Below, piece after piece: positions 44,419-56,117 of a stretch of DNA of 64,000 nucleotides. The DNA is from Clostridia bacterium. Lineage in GTDB: Bacteria; Bacillota; Clostridia; TANB77; CAG-508. A model generated the notes under the pieces. The model was not told the DNA's origin and searched no databases. It was given only the letters and a program-made list of their open reading frames with translations. Numbering within the stretch: position 1 is the first letter of the stretch; each line of letters starts with the position of its first letter. The position numbers were made by a program, and so were the translations under genes. The DNA is taken from contig JAZSPC010000050.1 in NCBI GenBank assembly GCA_045537285.1, positions 31,358 to 95,357 of the forward strand, read 5' to 3'.

Positions 44419-46392
44419 ATGGAAGAAGACAAAAACCTAGAAAGACATTTAAAAATACTTAGTAAACAATATGGAAATATAGAACAAGTTGCAGAAGAAA
44501 TAATAAATCTTCAAGCAATATTAAATTTACCAAAAGGAACAGAACTTTTTTTAAGTGATATTCATGGAGAGTATAGTTCATTTTCACATATATTAAATAA
44601 TGGCTCTGGAATAATAAGAAGTAAAATAGAGGAGTTGTTTAATAACCAAATAACCGAGCGAGAGAGAAGAGCATTAGCAACTTTGATATATTATCCAGAA
44701 GAAAAATTAGCAATAGTTAAAAAAAGTTTAGAAAATTTAAATGAATGGTATAATATAACTTTATATAGATTAATAGAAGTTGCAAAAGAGGTAAGTTCAA
44801 AATATACAAGATCAAAAGTAAGAAAAGCAATGCCAAAAGGATTTAGTTATATAATAGGTGAATTAATTAATCTTCAAGGTTGTGAGACAGATAAAGAAAC
44901 TTATTATAAACAAATAATAAATTCAATTATAGAGCTAGATAGAGCAGATGCATTTATTGTAGCTATATCAAATTTAATAAAAAGAATGGCAATAGACCAT
45001 TTGCACGTGATAGGAGATATTTTTGATAGAGGACCAGATGCAAAATTAGTTATAAATACTTTAATGGATTTTCATAGCTTAGATATACAATTAGGAAATC
45101 ATGATATATTATGGATGGGAGCAGCATGTGGAAATAAAGTATGTATAGCTGATGTTATTAGAATATGTAGCAGGTATGATAATATTAATACTTTGGAAGA
45201 TGGATATGGAATAAATATAAGACCTCTTGCAACATTCGCTTTAAAAACTTATGAAAATGATAAATGTGAAAAATTTATGCCAAAGATTTATGATTATAAT
45301 AAATATATAAGAAGTGATGAAATATCAATAGCGAAAATTCACAAAGCAATATCAATAATACAATTTAAATTAGAAGGTCAATTAGTAAAAGAGCATCCTG
45401 AATATAAGATGGAAGGAAGACTTTTGCTAGACAAGATAGATTATAAAGAGGGGACAATAAAAGTTGGAGATAATAAATATCATTTAAATGATAGGAACTT
45501 CCCAACGATAGATCCAAATGACCCGTATAAACTAACAATAGAAGAAGAGGAAATAATAAACAGATTACAAGAGTCTTTTAGGAATAGCGAGACACTAAAT
45601 AAGCATATAGCATTCTTATATTCAAAAGGTTCAATATATAAATGCTTTAATTCAAATTTATTATTTCATGGATGTATTCCGATGGAAGAAGATGGAAGTT
45701 TTTCAAAAGTTGAAGTTTTTGGAAAAGAATTATCAGGTAAAAAGTATCTAGACTTCTTAAATGAAATTGCAAGAAGAGCATATTTCGAAAGAGAACAAGT
45801 TCAAAAGAGTAAAGACTTAATAGATTTCATGTGGTATTTATGGTGTGGACCTAAATCACCGTTATTTGGAAAAGAAAAGGCAGCAACTTTTGAAAGATAT
45901 TTTATAATAGATCCAGAAACACATGAAGAAAAGAAAAATCCATATTTCACTTTATCAGAAGATGAAAAGATATGTAATAAAATTTTGAAAGAGTTTGGTT
46001 TAGAAGGGAAAAATGCACATATTATAAATGGACATATACCTGTAAAAGAAAAGGATGGAGAAAGTCCGATAAGAGCTAATGGAAAGCTTTTAGTAATAGA
46101 TGGTGGCTTCGCAAAAAGCTATAGAGGAAAAACAGGACGTGCAGGATATACTCTAACATATAATTCTTATGGGTTAATACTTTCAGCTAATGAACCATTT
46201 GATTCAAAAGAAGAAGCAATAAAAGAAGAAAAAGATATAAAATATGAAATAATGGTAAATGCCATGAAAACTGAAAGAAAAAGAGTAGCAGATACAGATA
46301 TTGGAAAACAATTACAAGAAGAAATTGATGACTTGAAATTATTACTAGCAGCATATAAAGAAGGAAGAATAAAAGAAACATATAAACAATAA
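44419..46392 (+). CDS. fbp: fructose-1,6-bisphosphatase class 3
   Basis: About 657 aa with FBPase_2-type motifs (LSDIHGEY). Confidence 0.85.
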   Translation: MEEDKNLERHLKILSKQYGNIEQVAEEIINLQAILNLPKGTELFLSDIHGEYSSFSHILNNGSGIIRSKIEELFNNQITERERRALATLIYYPEEKLAIVKKSLENLNEWYNITLYRLIEVAKEVSSKYTRSKVRKAMPKGFSYIIGELINLQGCETDKETYYKQIINSIIELDRADAFIVAISNLIKRMAIDHLHVIGDIFDRGPDAKLVINTLMDFHSLDIQLGNHDILWMGAACGNKVCIADVIRICSRYDNINTLEDGYGINIRPLATFALKTYENDKCEKFMPKIYDYNKYIRSDEISIAKIHKAISIIQFKLEGQLVKEHPEYKMEGRLLLDKIDYKEGTIKVGDNKYHLNDRNFPTIDPNDPYKLTIEEEEIINRLQESFRNSETLNKHIAFLYSKGSIYKCFNSNLLFHGCIPMEEDGSFSKVEVFGKELSGKKYLDFLNEIARRAYFEREQVQKSKDLIDFMWYLWCGPKSPLFGKEKAATFERYFIIDPETHEEKKNPYFTLSEDEKICNKILKEFGLEGKNAHIINGHIPVKEKDGESPIRANGKLLVIDGGFAKSYRGKTGRAGYTLTYNSYGLILSANEPFDSKEEAIKEEKDIKYEIMVNAMKTERKRVADTDIGKQLQEEIDDLKLLLAAYKEGRIKETYKQ

Positions 46393-46406
46393 AAATGGAG
46401 TAAAAG

Positions 46407-47036
46407 ATGAAAGAAAAAGAAAAAGCAAGATTAGAAAAATTAAAAGAAATAGAAAAAGAGCTATATAGAGATGGTGCTACAAAAATATGTGGTATAGATG
46501 AAGCAGGTCGTGGACCACTTGCTGGTCCAGTTGTTGTGGCAGCAGTTATTATGCCACAAGATTCAATGATAGAAGGTGTAAATGATTCTAAAAAAGTATC
46601 AGAGATGAAAAGAGAAAAGTTATATGATGAAATAACTTCAAGCGCAATAGCATGGGGAGTAGGAATAATAGACCAACAAGAAATTGATGATATAAATATT
46701 TTAAATGCAACTAAAAAAGGATTAACGACTGCCTTAAAAGAGTTGGCAGAAAAACCAGATATAATATTGGTAGATGCTTTAACAGGAATTGATACTTTTG
46801 GGATACCATATAAGTCTATTATAAAAGGAGATGCTAAAAGCTATTCAATAGCAGCAGCATCAATAATTGCAAAAGTTACAAGGGACAGAATAATGAGACA
46901 GTGGGATGAAATATATCCTGAATATGGATTTGAGAAACATAAAGGATATGGAACAAGTTCACATATAGCAGTTATTAAAGAAAAAGGAATATGCCCAATA
47001 CATAGAAAAAGTTTTGTGAAGAACTTTACTAAATAA
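46407..47036 (+). CDS. rnhB: ribonuclease HII
   Basis: GIDEAGRGPLAGPVV active-site motif. Confidence 0.85.
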   Translation: MKEKEKARLEKLKEIEKELYRDGATKICGIDEAGRGPLAGPVVVAAVIMPQDSMIEGVNDSKKVSEMKREKLYDEITSSAIAWGVGIIDQQEIDDINILNATKKGLTTALKELAEKPDIILVDALTGIDTFGIPYKSIIKGDAKSYSIAAASIIAKVTRDRIMRQWDEIYPEYGFEKHKGYGTSSHIAVIKEKGICPIHRKSFVKNFTK

Positions 47037-47086
47037 TAATGATGTGATATAATAAGTACCTAAATATTTTAAAAGGAGAGTTTTTT

Positions 47087-47356
47087 ATGTTAAAATCGCG
47101 GACTTTAAAAGAACGGGTATTGGCCGAAGCAGACTACATTTTTATAAATCAATCGACCATTAGACTTACAGCAAGACGTTTTAAAGTATCAAAATCAACA
47201 GTACATCAAGATTTAACCCAAAGGTTGTATAAAATAGATAAAACTTTATACAATAAAGTAAGAAGGATACTTGATTATAATATCTCGCAGAGAGCAATTC
47301 GCGGCGGAGAAGCAACAAGAAAGAAATATAAAAACAATCCCAAAAGCAGTGTGTAA
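47087..47356 (+). CDS. spoIIID: sporulation transcriptional regulator SpoIIID
   Basis: VSKSTVHQDLT HTH and GGEATRKKYK tail. Confidence 0.85.
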   Translation: MLKSRTLKERVLAEADYIFINQSTIRLTARRFKVSKSTVHQDLTQRLYKIDKTLYNKVRRILDYNISQRAIRGGEATRKKYKNNPKSSV

Positions 47357-47369
47357 TACATACTGCTTT

Positions 47370-48401
47370 TTAAATTGTTAAATAATTAAAATATGAAAAA
47401 TTATTTATTATTAAAAAAGTATATAATGCAGCAAGGGTACCATGCAAAAGCTTTCCTAGTATATATGGTTTTATTGAAATATCAGATTTTGAAGTAATAC
47501 TAAGCACTTGTAGCATTATAGAAATGCCACCAAAACCAAGTAAAAAAGCACAAGCTATAATATTTATACCAAGATTTTTGCTAGCAATTGTAGATATTGA
47601 GGTAACTCCATTAGTTAGTTCTAAAATACCAGTTAATATTGGAAGTATAAAATTAGTATTAATGTTAAATAAGTTAAATATAGGGATTAATGGTATTTTA
47701 AGAAAACTTAATACATAAGTTTTTTGTAATATAGAAAAAATTATTCCAAAAAGTACAATAAAACCACCAATTAAAATCACTGAATTAATTGCAGATAAGA
47801 TACTTTTGGATAATACTTCGCCAAGAGAGTTAAAAGTAACATTAGTAGATAAAGTATCTGTATTTCTTTTTTCTTTAATATTTTTCTTCCAAAATCTAAA
47901 AATAATTCCAACACTAATACAAGCTAAGACATGAGTAAATAAAAGAAGTAATCCAATAAAACTATCATAAAATAGAGTAATTCCAACAGTACCCAAAATA
48001 AATAAAGGTCCTGAGTTATTTGTAAAAGTGATTAATCTTTCAGCTTCTTCTTTTGTACATAAATTTTCATTCCTAAAATTAGTTACAATTTTAGCGCCTA
48101 CTGGATAACCACTTATTATTCCCATAAATAATGCATAGGCACCAATTCCAGGGACATTAAACAGAGGTCTCATAATCTTGTTAAACATATTACCAATAAT
48201 TCTAGGAATGTTGGTGTGACTTAGAAGTTCAGTAGCTATAAAAAAAGGAAAAAGAGAAGGAATAACATTATTAACCCATATATTTAAAGCACTTTTTACA
48301 GCTTGTATGTTGGATTTTGAAAATATAATTAAGCAAATCGTAAACAATAAAAAAGTAATTGGTATAATATTTTTCTTTAAATTTATAAATAAAACTTTCA
48401 T
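47370..48401 (-). CDS. ylbJ: sporulation integral membrane protein YlbJ (nucleoside-recognition/Gate domain)
   Basis: Multi-TM protein with duplicated Gate-domain motifs. Likely start at internal MKVLF (48401) rather than the ORF-track start. Confidence 0.6.
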   Translation of the reverse strand: MKVLFINLKKNIIPITFLLFTICLIIFSKSNIQAVKSALNIWVNNVIPSLFPFFIATELLSHTNIPRIIGNMFNKIMRPLFNVPGIGAYALFMGIISGYPVGAKIVTNFRNENLCTKEEAERLITFTNNSGPLFILGTVGITLFYDSFIGLLLLFTHVLACISVGIIFRFWKKNIKEKRNTDTLSTNVTFNSLGEVLSKSILSAINSVILIGGFIVLFGIIFSILQKTYVLSFLKIPLIPIFNLFNINTNFILPILTGILELTNGVTSISTIASKNLGINIIACAFLLGFGGISIMLQVLSITSKSDISIKPYILGKLLHGTLAALYTFLIINNFSYFNYLTI

Positions 48402-48481
48402 AATAACACCCTCAAAACTCTTGTAATATATATGCAAATATGGTATATTAAATGCATAATGAGATAATGGAGGTATTATAT

Positions 48482-48931
48482 ATGAAAATAGCAATTGGCG
48501 CAGATCATGGGGGATATAAATTAAAAGAAGAAATAAAAAAATATTTAAACGAAAAACAAATACAATTTGTGGATTATGGAACAGACTCAGAAGAAAGAGT
48601 GGATTATCCAGTTATAGCAAAAGATGTATGTAAAAGCATACAAAACAAAGAAGCTGATTTTGGAATAGTAATTTGTAAAACAGGATATGGTATGTCAATA
48701 GTAGCAAATAAATTTAAAGGAATTAGATGTGCTACTTGTTATAATGAAGAATCTGCAAAATTTGCTAAATTACATAACAATATAAATGTTTTAGGTTTAG
48801 GTGCTGAATATATTTCTGTAAATGATGCAATATGTATATTAAGAATGATTTTAGCAACAGAATTTGAAGGCGGAAGACATAATGAAAGATTAAATTTGAT
48901 TAAAGAAATAGAAAAAGAAAACATGAAATAA
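48482..48931 (+). CDS. rpiB: ribose-5-phosphate isomerase B
   Basis: MKIAIGADHGG start and RpiB/LacAB fold motifs. GGAGG RBS. Confidence 0.85.
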   Translation: MKIAIGADHGGYKLKEEIKKYLNEKQIQFVDYGTDSEERVDYPVIAKDVCKSIQNKEADFGIVICKTGYGMSIVANKFKGIRCATCYNEESAKFAKLHNNINVLGLGAEYISVNDAICILRMILATEFEGGRHNERLNLIKEIEKENMK

Positions 48932-48946
48932 AAGGAGATTTAGATT

Positions 48947-50026
48947 ATGTGGGGAGATATAGCAATAGCATTTGTGTTAGCCTTTATAACCACATTTGTT
49001 GTAACACCATATACTATAAAACTTGCAAAGAGAATAGGGGCAGTAGATACACCAAAAGATGCAAGAAGAATAAATAAAATAACAATGCCTAGACTAGGTG
49101 GCCTAGCTATTATAGCTGGATTTTTAGTATCAATTATTTATTTATTAATAATATTAAGTGTAGAAAATACAATTAATTTATTAGAAGATAATAATCATTT
49201 GAAATTGTTAGGATTTTTAATTGGTGGATTAATAATTTCAGTTGTTTGCTTTATAGATGATTTAAAGAATTTACCACCAATGGTTAAGTTATCAGCTCAA
49301 ATATTAGCAGCGATAGTAGTTGTTGGATTTGGATTAAGAATTGAAAATATAAATATTCCATTTTTATATAAGATTGGACTTCCAAATGCATTTTCAATAA
49401 TATTAACAATTGGTTGGATAGTAGGGATAACAAATGCAATTAATCTAATTGATGGACTAGACGGACTATCATCAGGGGTAGCATTAATATCTTGTATATC
49501 AATGCTTATAATATTTGCTTTAAATGCTTCACCAATTATAGCAATATTATTAATAACAGCATTAGCAGGAGCTTTAAGTGGATTTTTACCATTTAATTTT
49601 AATCCGGCAAAAACATTTATGGGAGATGCTGGTTCAAACTTTTTAGGATATTGTCTAGCAGTTATATCAATATTTGGAGTAGCTAAAACATATACATTAG
49701 TAGTTATAGTAACACCACTTATTGTTTTAGCATTGCCAGTGGTAGATACACTTGTAGCAATAGTAAGAAGAACAATAAAAGGTAAATCATTAAAAGCTAT
49801 TATGAAACCAGATAAAGGACATTTACACCATACATTATTAAATCATGGATTTACACAAAAAGAAGCGGTATTTATGATGTATGCAATTACAGCAGCATTA
49901 GGATTATTTGCAATAGTATTAATGGAAAGTAATATCTGGAAAGCGATTTCATTCTTATTAATGCTAATTGCAGTATTAGCAATAGGTTATAGAAGTTTCA
50001 AAAAAGAAGATGAAGAAATAAAATAA
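48947..50026 (+). CDS. tagO: glycosyltransferase family 4 (MraY/WecA/TagO-like undecaprenyl-phosphate GlcNAc-1-phosphate transferase)
   Basis: Multi-TM protein with DDxxN and NxxNxxDGxDGL motifs. Confidence 0.7.
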   Translation: MWGDIAIAFVLAFITTFVVTPYTIKLAKRIGAVDTPKDARRINKITMPRLGGLAIIAGFLVSIIYLLIILSVENTINLLEDNNHLKLLGFLIGGLIISVVCFIDDLKNLPPMVKLSAQILAAIVVVGFGLRIENINIPFLYKIGLPNAFSIILTIGWIVGITNAINLIDGLDGLSSGVALISCISMLIIFALNASPIIAILLITALAGALSGFLPFNFNPAKTFMGDAGSNFLGYCLAVISIFGVAKTYTLVVIVTPLIVLALPVVDTLVAIVRRTIKGKSLKAIMKPDKGHLHHTLLNHGFTQKEAVFMMYAITAALGLFAIVLMESNIWKAISFLLMLIAVLAIGYRSFKKEDEEIK

Positions 50027-50044
50027 AAGAGAGAAGATGAAAAT

Positions 50045-51046
50045 ATGGAGAAAAAAAGAAGTTTAACAGGTGATAGACCAACAGGAAAAATGCACATAGG
50101 GCACTATTTTGGTTCGCTACAAAACAGAGTAAAAATTCAAGAAGATGAAAATATTGAACAATTTGTAATGATAGCAGATGTTCAAGCTCTAACAGACAAT
50201 TTTAATAATCCTCAAAAAGTAAGAGATAATGTATATCAAGTTTTACTTGATTATTTATCAGTTGGAATTGACCCTACTAAAACAACAATATTTTTGCAAT
50301 CAATGATACCAGAAATTGCAGAACTTACAGTGTTTTATTCTAACTTAGTTACAATATCAAGGCTACAAAGGAATCCAACAGTTAAAACCGAAATAGCTCA
50401 AAAGAAAGAGTTATTTGGAGAAAGTGTAACATATGGATTTTTAGGATATCCTGTTAGCCAAGCAGCTGATATTACAGCATTTGGTGGAGATATAGTCCCA
50501 GCAGGAGAAGACCAAGAACCATTAATAGAACAATGTAGGGAAATAGTAAGAAAATTTAATAGTATTTATGGAGATACGTTAAAAGAGCCAGAAATAGTAT
50601 TAAGTAATCATAAAAGAATAAAAGGGTTAGATGGAAACGAGAAGATGGGTAAATCATTAGGAAATGCTATTTACCTATCAGATTCAGATGAAGAAATATC
50701 TAAAAAAGTAATGGGATCATTAACAGACCCGGGAAGAATAACAAAAGATACAAAAGGAAATCCTGATATATGTATGGTAGCATATTATCATAATTTATTC
50801 AGTAAAGGCGAAGTAGAAACTGTATGCGAAGAATGTAAAGCAGGAAATAGAGGTTGTGTTGCTTGTAAAAAACAATTAATACAAAATATTATAAAAGAAC
50901 TAGCACCATTAAGAGAAAGAAGAAAATACTATGAAGAAAGACCAGAAGAATTAAAGAAAATTCTAATGGAAGGAACAGCAAAAGCAAGAGAAGAAGCAAA
51001 GAAAACGATGCAGAAAGTTAAAGAAGCTATGAAACTAGATTATTAA
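50045..51046 (+). CDS. trpS: tryptophanyl-tRNA synthetase
   Basis: GDRPTGKMHIGH (HIGH) and KMGKS motifs. 333 aa. Confidence 0.9.
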   Translation: MEKKRSLTGDRPTGKMHIGHYFGSLQNRVKIQEDENIEQFVMIADVQALTDNFNNPQKVRDNVYQVLLDYLSVGIDPTKTTIFLQSMIPEIAELTVFYSNLVTISRLQRNPTVKTEIAQKKELFGESVTYGFLGYPVSQAADITAFGGDIVPAGEDQEPLIEQCREIVRKFNSIYGDTLKEPEIVLSNHKRIKGLDGNEKMGKSLGNAIYLSDSDEEISKKVMGSLTDPGRITKDTKGNPDICMVAYYHNLFSKGEVETVCEECKAGNRGCVACKKQLIQNIIKELAPLRERRKYYEERPEELKKILMEGTAKAREEAKKTMQKVKEAMKLDY

Positions 51047-51058
51047 ACAAATAAAAAC

Positions 51059-52471
<1,413 letters not shown>

Positions 52472-52490
52472 AAATAAGAATTTTAAAAAA

Positions 52491-52545
52491 TGTCAAACTT
52501 TTTTCGAAAATTTGTTTGACATTTTTTTGTTCGTATGATATTATA
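52491..52545 (+). promoter_or_regulatory. lexA promoter (TTGACA-17-TATTAT) embedded in a 10-bp inverted repeat, with candidate LexA box CGAAAATTTGTTTG (52505-52518)
   Basis: aatgtcaaac ... gtttgacatt inverted repeat. The Cheo-like box overlaps the -35. Confidence 0.45.
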
Positions 52546-52575
52546 TCCTTGTATAAAAAATAGGGAGGTTTTTAA

Positions 52576-53229
52576 ATGGCAAAAAAAGATCCAAGTGTTT
52601 TAAATAAAAGAGAAAGAGCAATATTAGATTATATAGAAAAACAAGCAAAAATAAATGGGTACCCACCATCAGTTAGAGAAATAGGTAAATCAGTAGGTTT
52701 AAAATCAACAGCAACTGTTCATGGCTATTTAGCAAAATTAGAAGAAAAAGGATATATTAAAAAAGAATCTCAAAAAGGAAGAACTTTAAAATTATTAAAA
52801 GGAAGTTCTGGGAAGGCACCAGTAGATTCATCAAAAGATTTTTATACAAATAAAGAAATGGTAGAAGTACCAGTTATAGGAAAAATTACAGCAGGTGCAC
52901 CAATACTAGCAGTAGAAAATATTACAGATACATTTCCAATTCCAATAGACTTTGTTGGAAACTGTGAAAGCTTTATGCTTACAGTTAGAGGAGAAAGTAT
53001 GATAGAAGCAGGTATTTTAGATGGAGACTATATATTAGTTAAAAAACAAAATACAGCAAATAATGGAGAAATAGTTGTAGCATTAATAGATGATGAGGCA
53101 ACAGTAAAAACTTTCTATAAAGAAAAAGACCATATAAGATTACAACCAGAAAACTCTACAATGGATCCAATAATAGTGCCAGATTGCAAAATACTTGGTA
53201 AAGTTGGGGGCGTATTTAGAAAAATGTAA
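52576..53229 (+). CDS. lexA: SOS repressor LexA
   Basis: N-terminal wHTH and C-terminal S24 peptidase (GESM...K). 217 aa. Confidence 0.9.
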   Translation: MAKKDPSVLNKRERAILDYIEKQAKINGYPPSVREIGKSVGLKSTATVHGYLAKLEEKGYIKKESQKGRTLKLLKGSSGKAPVDSSKDFYTNKEMVEVPVIGKITAGAPILAVENITDTFPIPIDFVGNCESFMLTVRGESMIEAGILDGDYILVKKQNTANNGEIVVALIDDEATVKTFYKEKDHIRLQPENSTMDPIIVPDCKILGKVGGVFRKM

Positions 53230-53235
53230 TTATAG

Positions 53236-53322
53236 TAACACGGAAGTATTTTCTTTCGTGTTATTTTTATATTTAAAATAATTCCAACAAAAAACTCGAA
53301 AGTATAAACTTTCGAGTTTTTG
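53236..53322. terminator. lexA terminator and bidirectional terminator for convergent rpsI
   Basis: taacacg...cgtgtta plus Ts, then aaaaactcgaaagt...actttcgagttttt. Confidence 0.6.
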
Positions 53323-53338
53323 TATATATAAATAAATT

Positions 53339-53746
53339 CTATCTCTTTGAGAATTGTGGTGCACGTCTAGCTTTTTTAAGACCGTATTTTTTTCTTTCTT
53401 TCATTCTTGGATCTCTTGTTAAGAATCCGTTTGATTTTAGTTCTGGTCTGTATTCACCATTTGCTTCTAATAAAGCTCTTGATATACCATGACGGATAGC
53501 TCCGGCTTGACCTGTAAATCCTCCACCTGTAACTTTAACAATTACATCATATTTAGTTAAAGTATTAGTAGCAACTAATGGTTGTTTAACAACAACTTTT
53601 AATGTTTCTAATCCTAAATATTCATCTATATCTTTTCCGTTGATAGTTATTTTTCCAGTTCCTTCAACTAATCTAACTCTTGCTATTGAGCTTTTTCTTC
53701 TACCAGTTCCGTAAAATACTATTTTTTCTGATTTAGCTTTAGCCAT
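53339..53746 (-). CDS. rpsI: 30S ribosomal protein S9
   Basis: Conserved S9 sequence ending ...[12 protein letters not shown]. Confidence 0.95.
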   Translation of the reverse strand: MAKAKSEKIVFYGTGRRKSSIARVRLVEGTGKITINGKDIDEYLGLETLKVVVKQPLVATNTLTKYDVIVKVTGGGFTGQAGAIRHGISRALLEANGEYRPELKSNGFLTRDPRMKERKKYGLKKARRAPQFSKR

Positions 53747-53770
53747 TTATTTTTCCTCCTTATATTCTAA

Positions 53771-54205
53771 TTAAAAATTCCAAGTTTCTGGTTTTTGTGC
53801 TGCATTTTCATGTTCACTACCAGCATATACTCTTAATTTCTTTAATTGTGCTGCTCCTAATTTTGTATGTGGAAGCATTCCTTTTATTGCTAACATCATA
53901 GCTTTTTCAGGATTATTTGCTAACATATCTTTTGCAGAAACTTCTGCCATTCCACCGATATGTCCTGAATGATGTCTATAAGTTTTTTGATTTAATTTGT
54001 TTCCTGTTAAAATAACTTCGCTACAGTTAAGAACTATAACGTGATCTCCAACATCTATATTTGGTGTAAATGTTGGTTTGTGTTTTCCTCTTAATAATTT
54101 AGCAGCTTCTGTTGCAACTCTACCTAAAGGTTTGTTTGCTGCATCAATTATATACCATTTACTTTCTATCTCATTTTTCTTTGCACTATATGTAGTATTA
54201 TTCAT
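53771..54205 (-). CDS. rplM: 50S ribosomal protein L13
   Basis: Conserved L13 sequence. Leader region 54206-54330 may hold an L13 leader structure (not verified). Confidence 0.95.
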   Translation of the reverse strand: MNNTTYSAKKNEIESKWYIIDAANKPLGRVATEAAKLLRGKHKPTFTPNIDVGDHVIVLNCSEVILTGNKLNQKTYRHHSGHIGGMAEVSAKDMLANNPEKAMMLAIKGMLPHTKLGAAQLKKLRVYAGSEHENAAQKPETWNF

Positions 54206-54353
54206 GGTAAAAATTACCCTCCATTCATTATTATAATTATTAATTAATATAAACTACAACTACCGGGGAGAAGTTATAATTTATATTTGAATATTAAAAT
54301 ACCAATATATTCTAATACAAAAACAAAAAAAAGTCAACAATTTTAAAGAAAAA

Positions 54354-54520
54354 ACTTGACTTTATCTAAAAAATGTTGTAATATATTAATATTGAAAAGC
54401 AGAAGTCATCCACTTCTCACCTTAACTAATTGAAGGAAAAGGTAAATGAAATATTAATTTTATAAATATTTTATTAGTGGTGGATTGATTTTAATATCAA
54501 TCTATTTTTTGTTTTTTAAA
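54354..54520 (+). promoter_or_regulatory. infC promoter (TTGACT-17-TAATAT) and leader with attenuator-like hairpin (gattgatt...atcaatc plus T-run), L20-leader-like
   Basis: Promoter hexamers at 54354-54382. Hairpin plus U-run at about 54483-54520, just upstream of the infC RBS. Confidence 0.35.
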
Positions 54521-54541
54521 GTACATTTAGGAGGTGTTAAT

Positions 54542-55048
54542 ATAAAACAAGAATTACCAATCAATGAAAAAATAAGATTAAGAGAAGTCCAAGTTATAGA
54601 TGAACAAGGACAAAAACTAGGAATAATGTCATCAAACGAAGCGTTAGATATAGCTTTTGAGAAGAAATTAGACTTAGTATTAGTTGCTCCCAATGGAAAC
54701 CCACCAGTTTGTAGAATAATGAACTATGGTAAATATAAATTTGAGCAAGCTAAAAAAGAAAAAGAGGCTAAAAAGAAACAAAAAGTTTCAGAAGTAAAAG
54801 AAATAAGAATTACACCAAACACAGAAGAACATGATTTTAATTTTAAAGCTAAAAATGCTAGAAAGTTCTTAGAAGACGGCTGTAAAGTTAAAATAACAGT
54901 TAGATTTAGAGGAAGAGAATTAAATTATGCAAAAGCTGGTGAGGACTTATTAAATAAATTCGCAGAAGAATTATCAGATGTTTCTAATTTAGACAAAAAA
55001 CCTTCATTAGAAGGAAAAAATATGTTTATAATGCTATCTAGCAAATAA
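54542..55048 (+). CDS. infC: translation initiation factor IF-3 (non-AUG start, probably ATA at 54542)
   Basis: Conserved INEKIRLREVQVIDEQG N-terminus. GGAGGTG RBS. No in-frame ATG upstream of the conserved N-terminus. Confidence 0.75.
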   Translation: MKQELPINEKIRLREVQVIDEQGQKLGIMSSNEALDIAFEKKLDLVLVAPNGNPPVCRIMNYGKYKFEQAKKEKEAKKKQKVSEVKEIRITPNTEEHDFNFKAKNARKFLEDGCKVKITVRFRGRELNYAKAGEDLLNKFAEELSDVSNLDKKPSLEGKNMFIMLSSK

Positions 55049-55076
55049 GATATAAATATTGGAAGGAGAAAAAACA

Positions 55077-55280
55077 ATGGCAAAATTAAAAACAAATAAA
55101 GCTGCTAAAAAAAGATATAGTTTAACAGCAACAGGAAAAGTAAAAAGAACAAAAGCTAATAGAAGACATTTATTAGCAAACAAAACTACTAGACAAAAAA
55201 AATCTGGTAAAATACAAAACGCTTACGCAGATAAAACTTGTGAAGCAGGAATTAAAAAATTATTACCATATGGTAACTAG
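55077..55280 (+). CDS. rpmI: 50S ribosomal protein L35
   Basis: MAKLKTNKAAKKRY... basic 67-aa protein. GGAGAAAAA RBS. Confidence 0.85.
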   Translation: MAKLKTNKAAKKRYSLTATGKVKRTKANRRHLLANKTTRQKKSGKIQNAYADKTCEAGIKKLLPYGN

Positions 55281-55312
55281 AATGAAATTAGAAGTTAAAG
55301 GAGTGAAATAAA

Positions 55313-55663
55313 ATGGCAAGAGTAAAAACAGCAAGAATTACAAGAAAAAAACATAAAAAAATATTAAAACAAGCAAAAGGATACTATGGTGCAAAAGGTT
55401 ACAGATTTAGAATGGCTAAACAAGCTGTTATGAAATCTGGTATGTATGCATATATAGGAAGAAAAGATAAGAAAAGTGATTTTAGAAAATTATGGATAGC
55501 TAGAATTAATGCTGCTGCTAGAATGAATGGTTTAACATATAGCACATTAATAGCTGGTCTAAAAAAAGCTAATGTTACAATAAACAGAAAAATGTTAGCA
55601 GAAGTAGCTGTATCAGATATGGAAGCTTTCGCTAAGATAGCTGAAATTGCTAAAAATGCATAA
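55313..55663 (+). CDS. rplT: 50S ribosomal protein L20
   Basis: [28 protein letters not shown], conserved L20. Confidence 0.95.
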   Translation: MARVKTARITRKKHKKILKQAKGYYGAKGYRFRMAKQAVMKSGMYAYIGRKDKKSDFRKLWIARINAAARMNGLTYSTLIAGLKKANVTINRKMLAEVAVSDMEAFAKIAEIAKNA

Positions 55664-55679
55664 TTAATAAGTAAAATAA

Positions 55680-55707
55680 AAAGTGTATATAAATACACTT
55701 TTTTATT
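55680..55707. terminator. bidirectional terminator between rplT and spoVAE
   Basis: aagtgtat-ataa-atacactt plus Ts. Confidence 0.6.
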
Positions 55708-56097
55708 TTACTGTTTTTTCATTTTAGGTTTTGAAATTAGAGCAGCAATATAACCGAAGAAAATTGCGGCCGCAATTCCTCCGGCAGCAGCTTTTGTTCC
55801 ACCGATAAAAGCACCTACAAATCCATATTGATCAACAGCTTCTTTGGCACCTTTTGCTAAGTTATATCCAAAACCAGTAAGAGGAACTGTTGCACCAGAA
55901 CCTGCAAAGTTGACTAGATATTGATATATTCCTAATCCGCCTAAAACCGCACCTGCGGTTACATATATTACTAATATTCTGGCAGGAGTGAGTTTTGTTT
56001 TATCTATTAAAATTTGGCCTATTAAACAAAGGGATCCCCCAACTAAAAATGCATATAATAATTGCATATAATCTAAATTTTGAAAAAAATCTGTCAT
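55708..56097 (-). CDS. spoVAE: stage V sporulation protein AE (SpoVAEb-type)
   Basis: Conserved 3-4 TM SpoVAE sequence. Confidence 0.8.
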   Translation of the reverse strand: MTDFFQNLDYMQLLYAFLVGGSLCLIGQILIDKTKLTPARILVIYVTAGAVLGGLGIYQYLVNFAGSGATVPLTGFGYNLAKGAKEAVDQYGFVGAFIGGTKAAAGGIAAAIFFGYIAALISKPKMKKQ

Positions 56098-56117
56098 AAA
56101 AATTTTCCTTTCTACAA

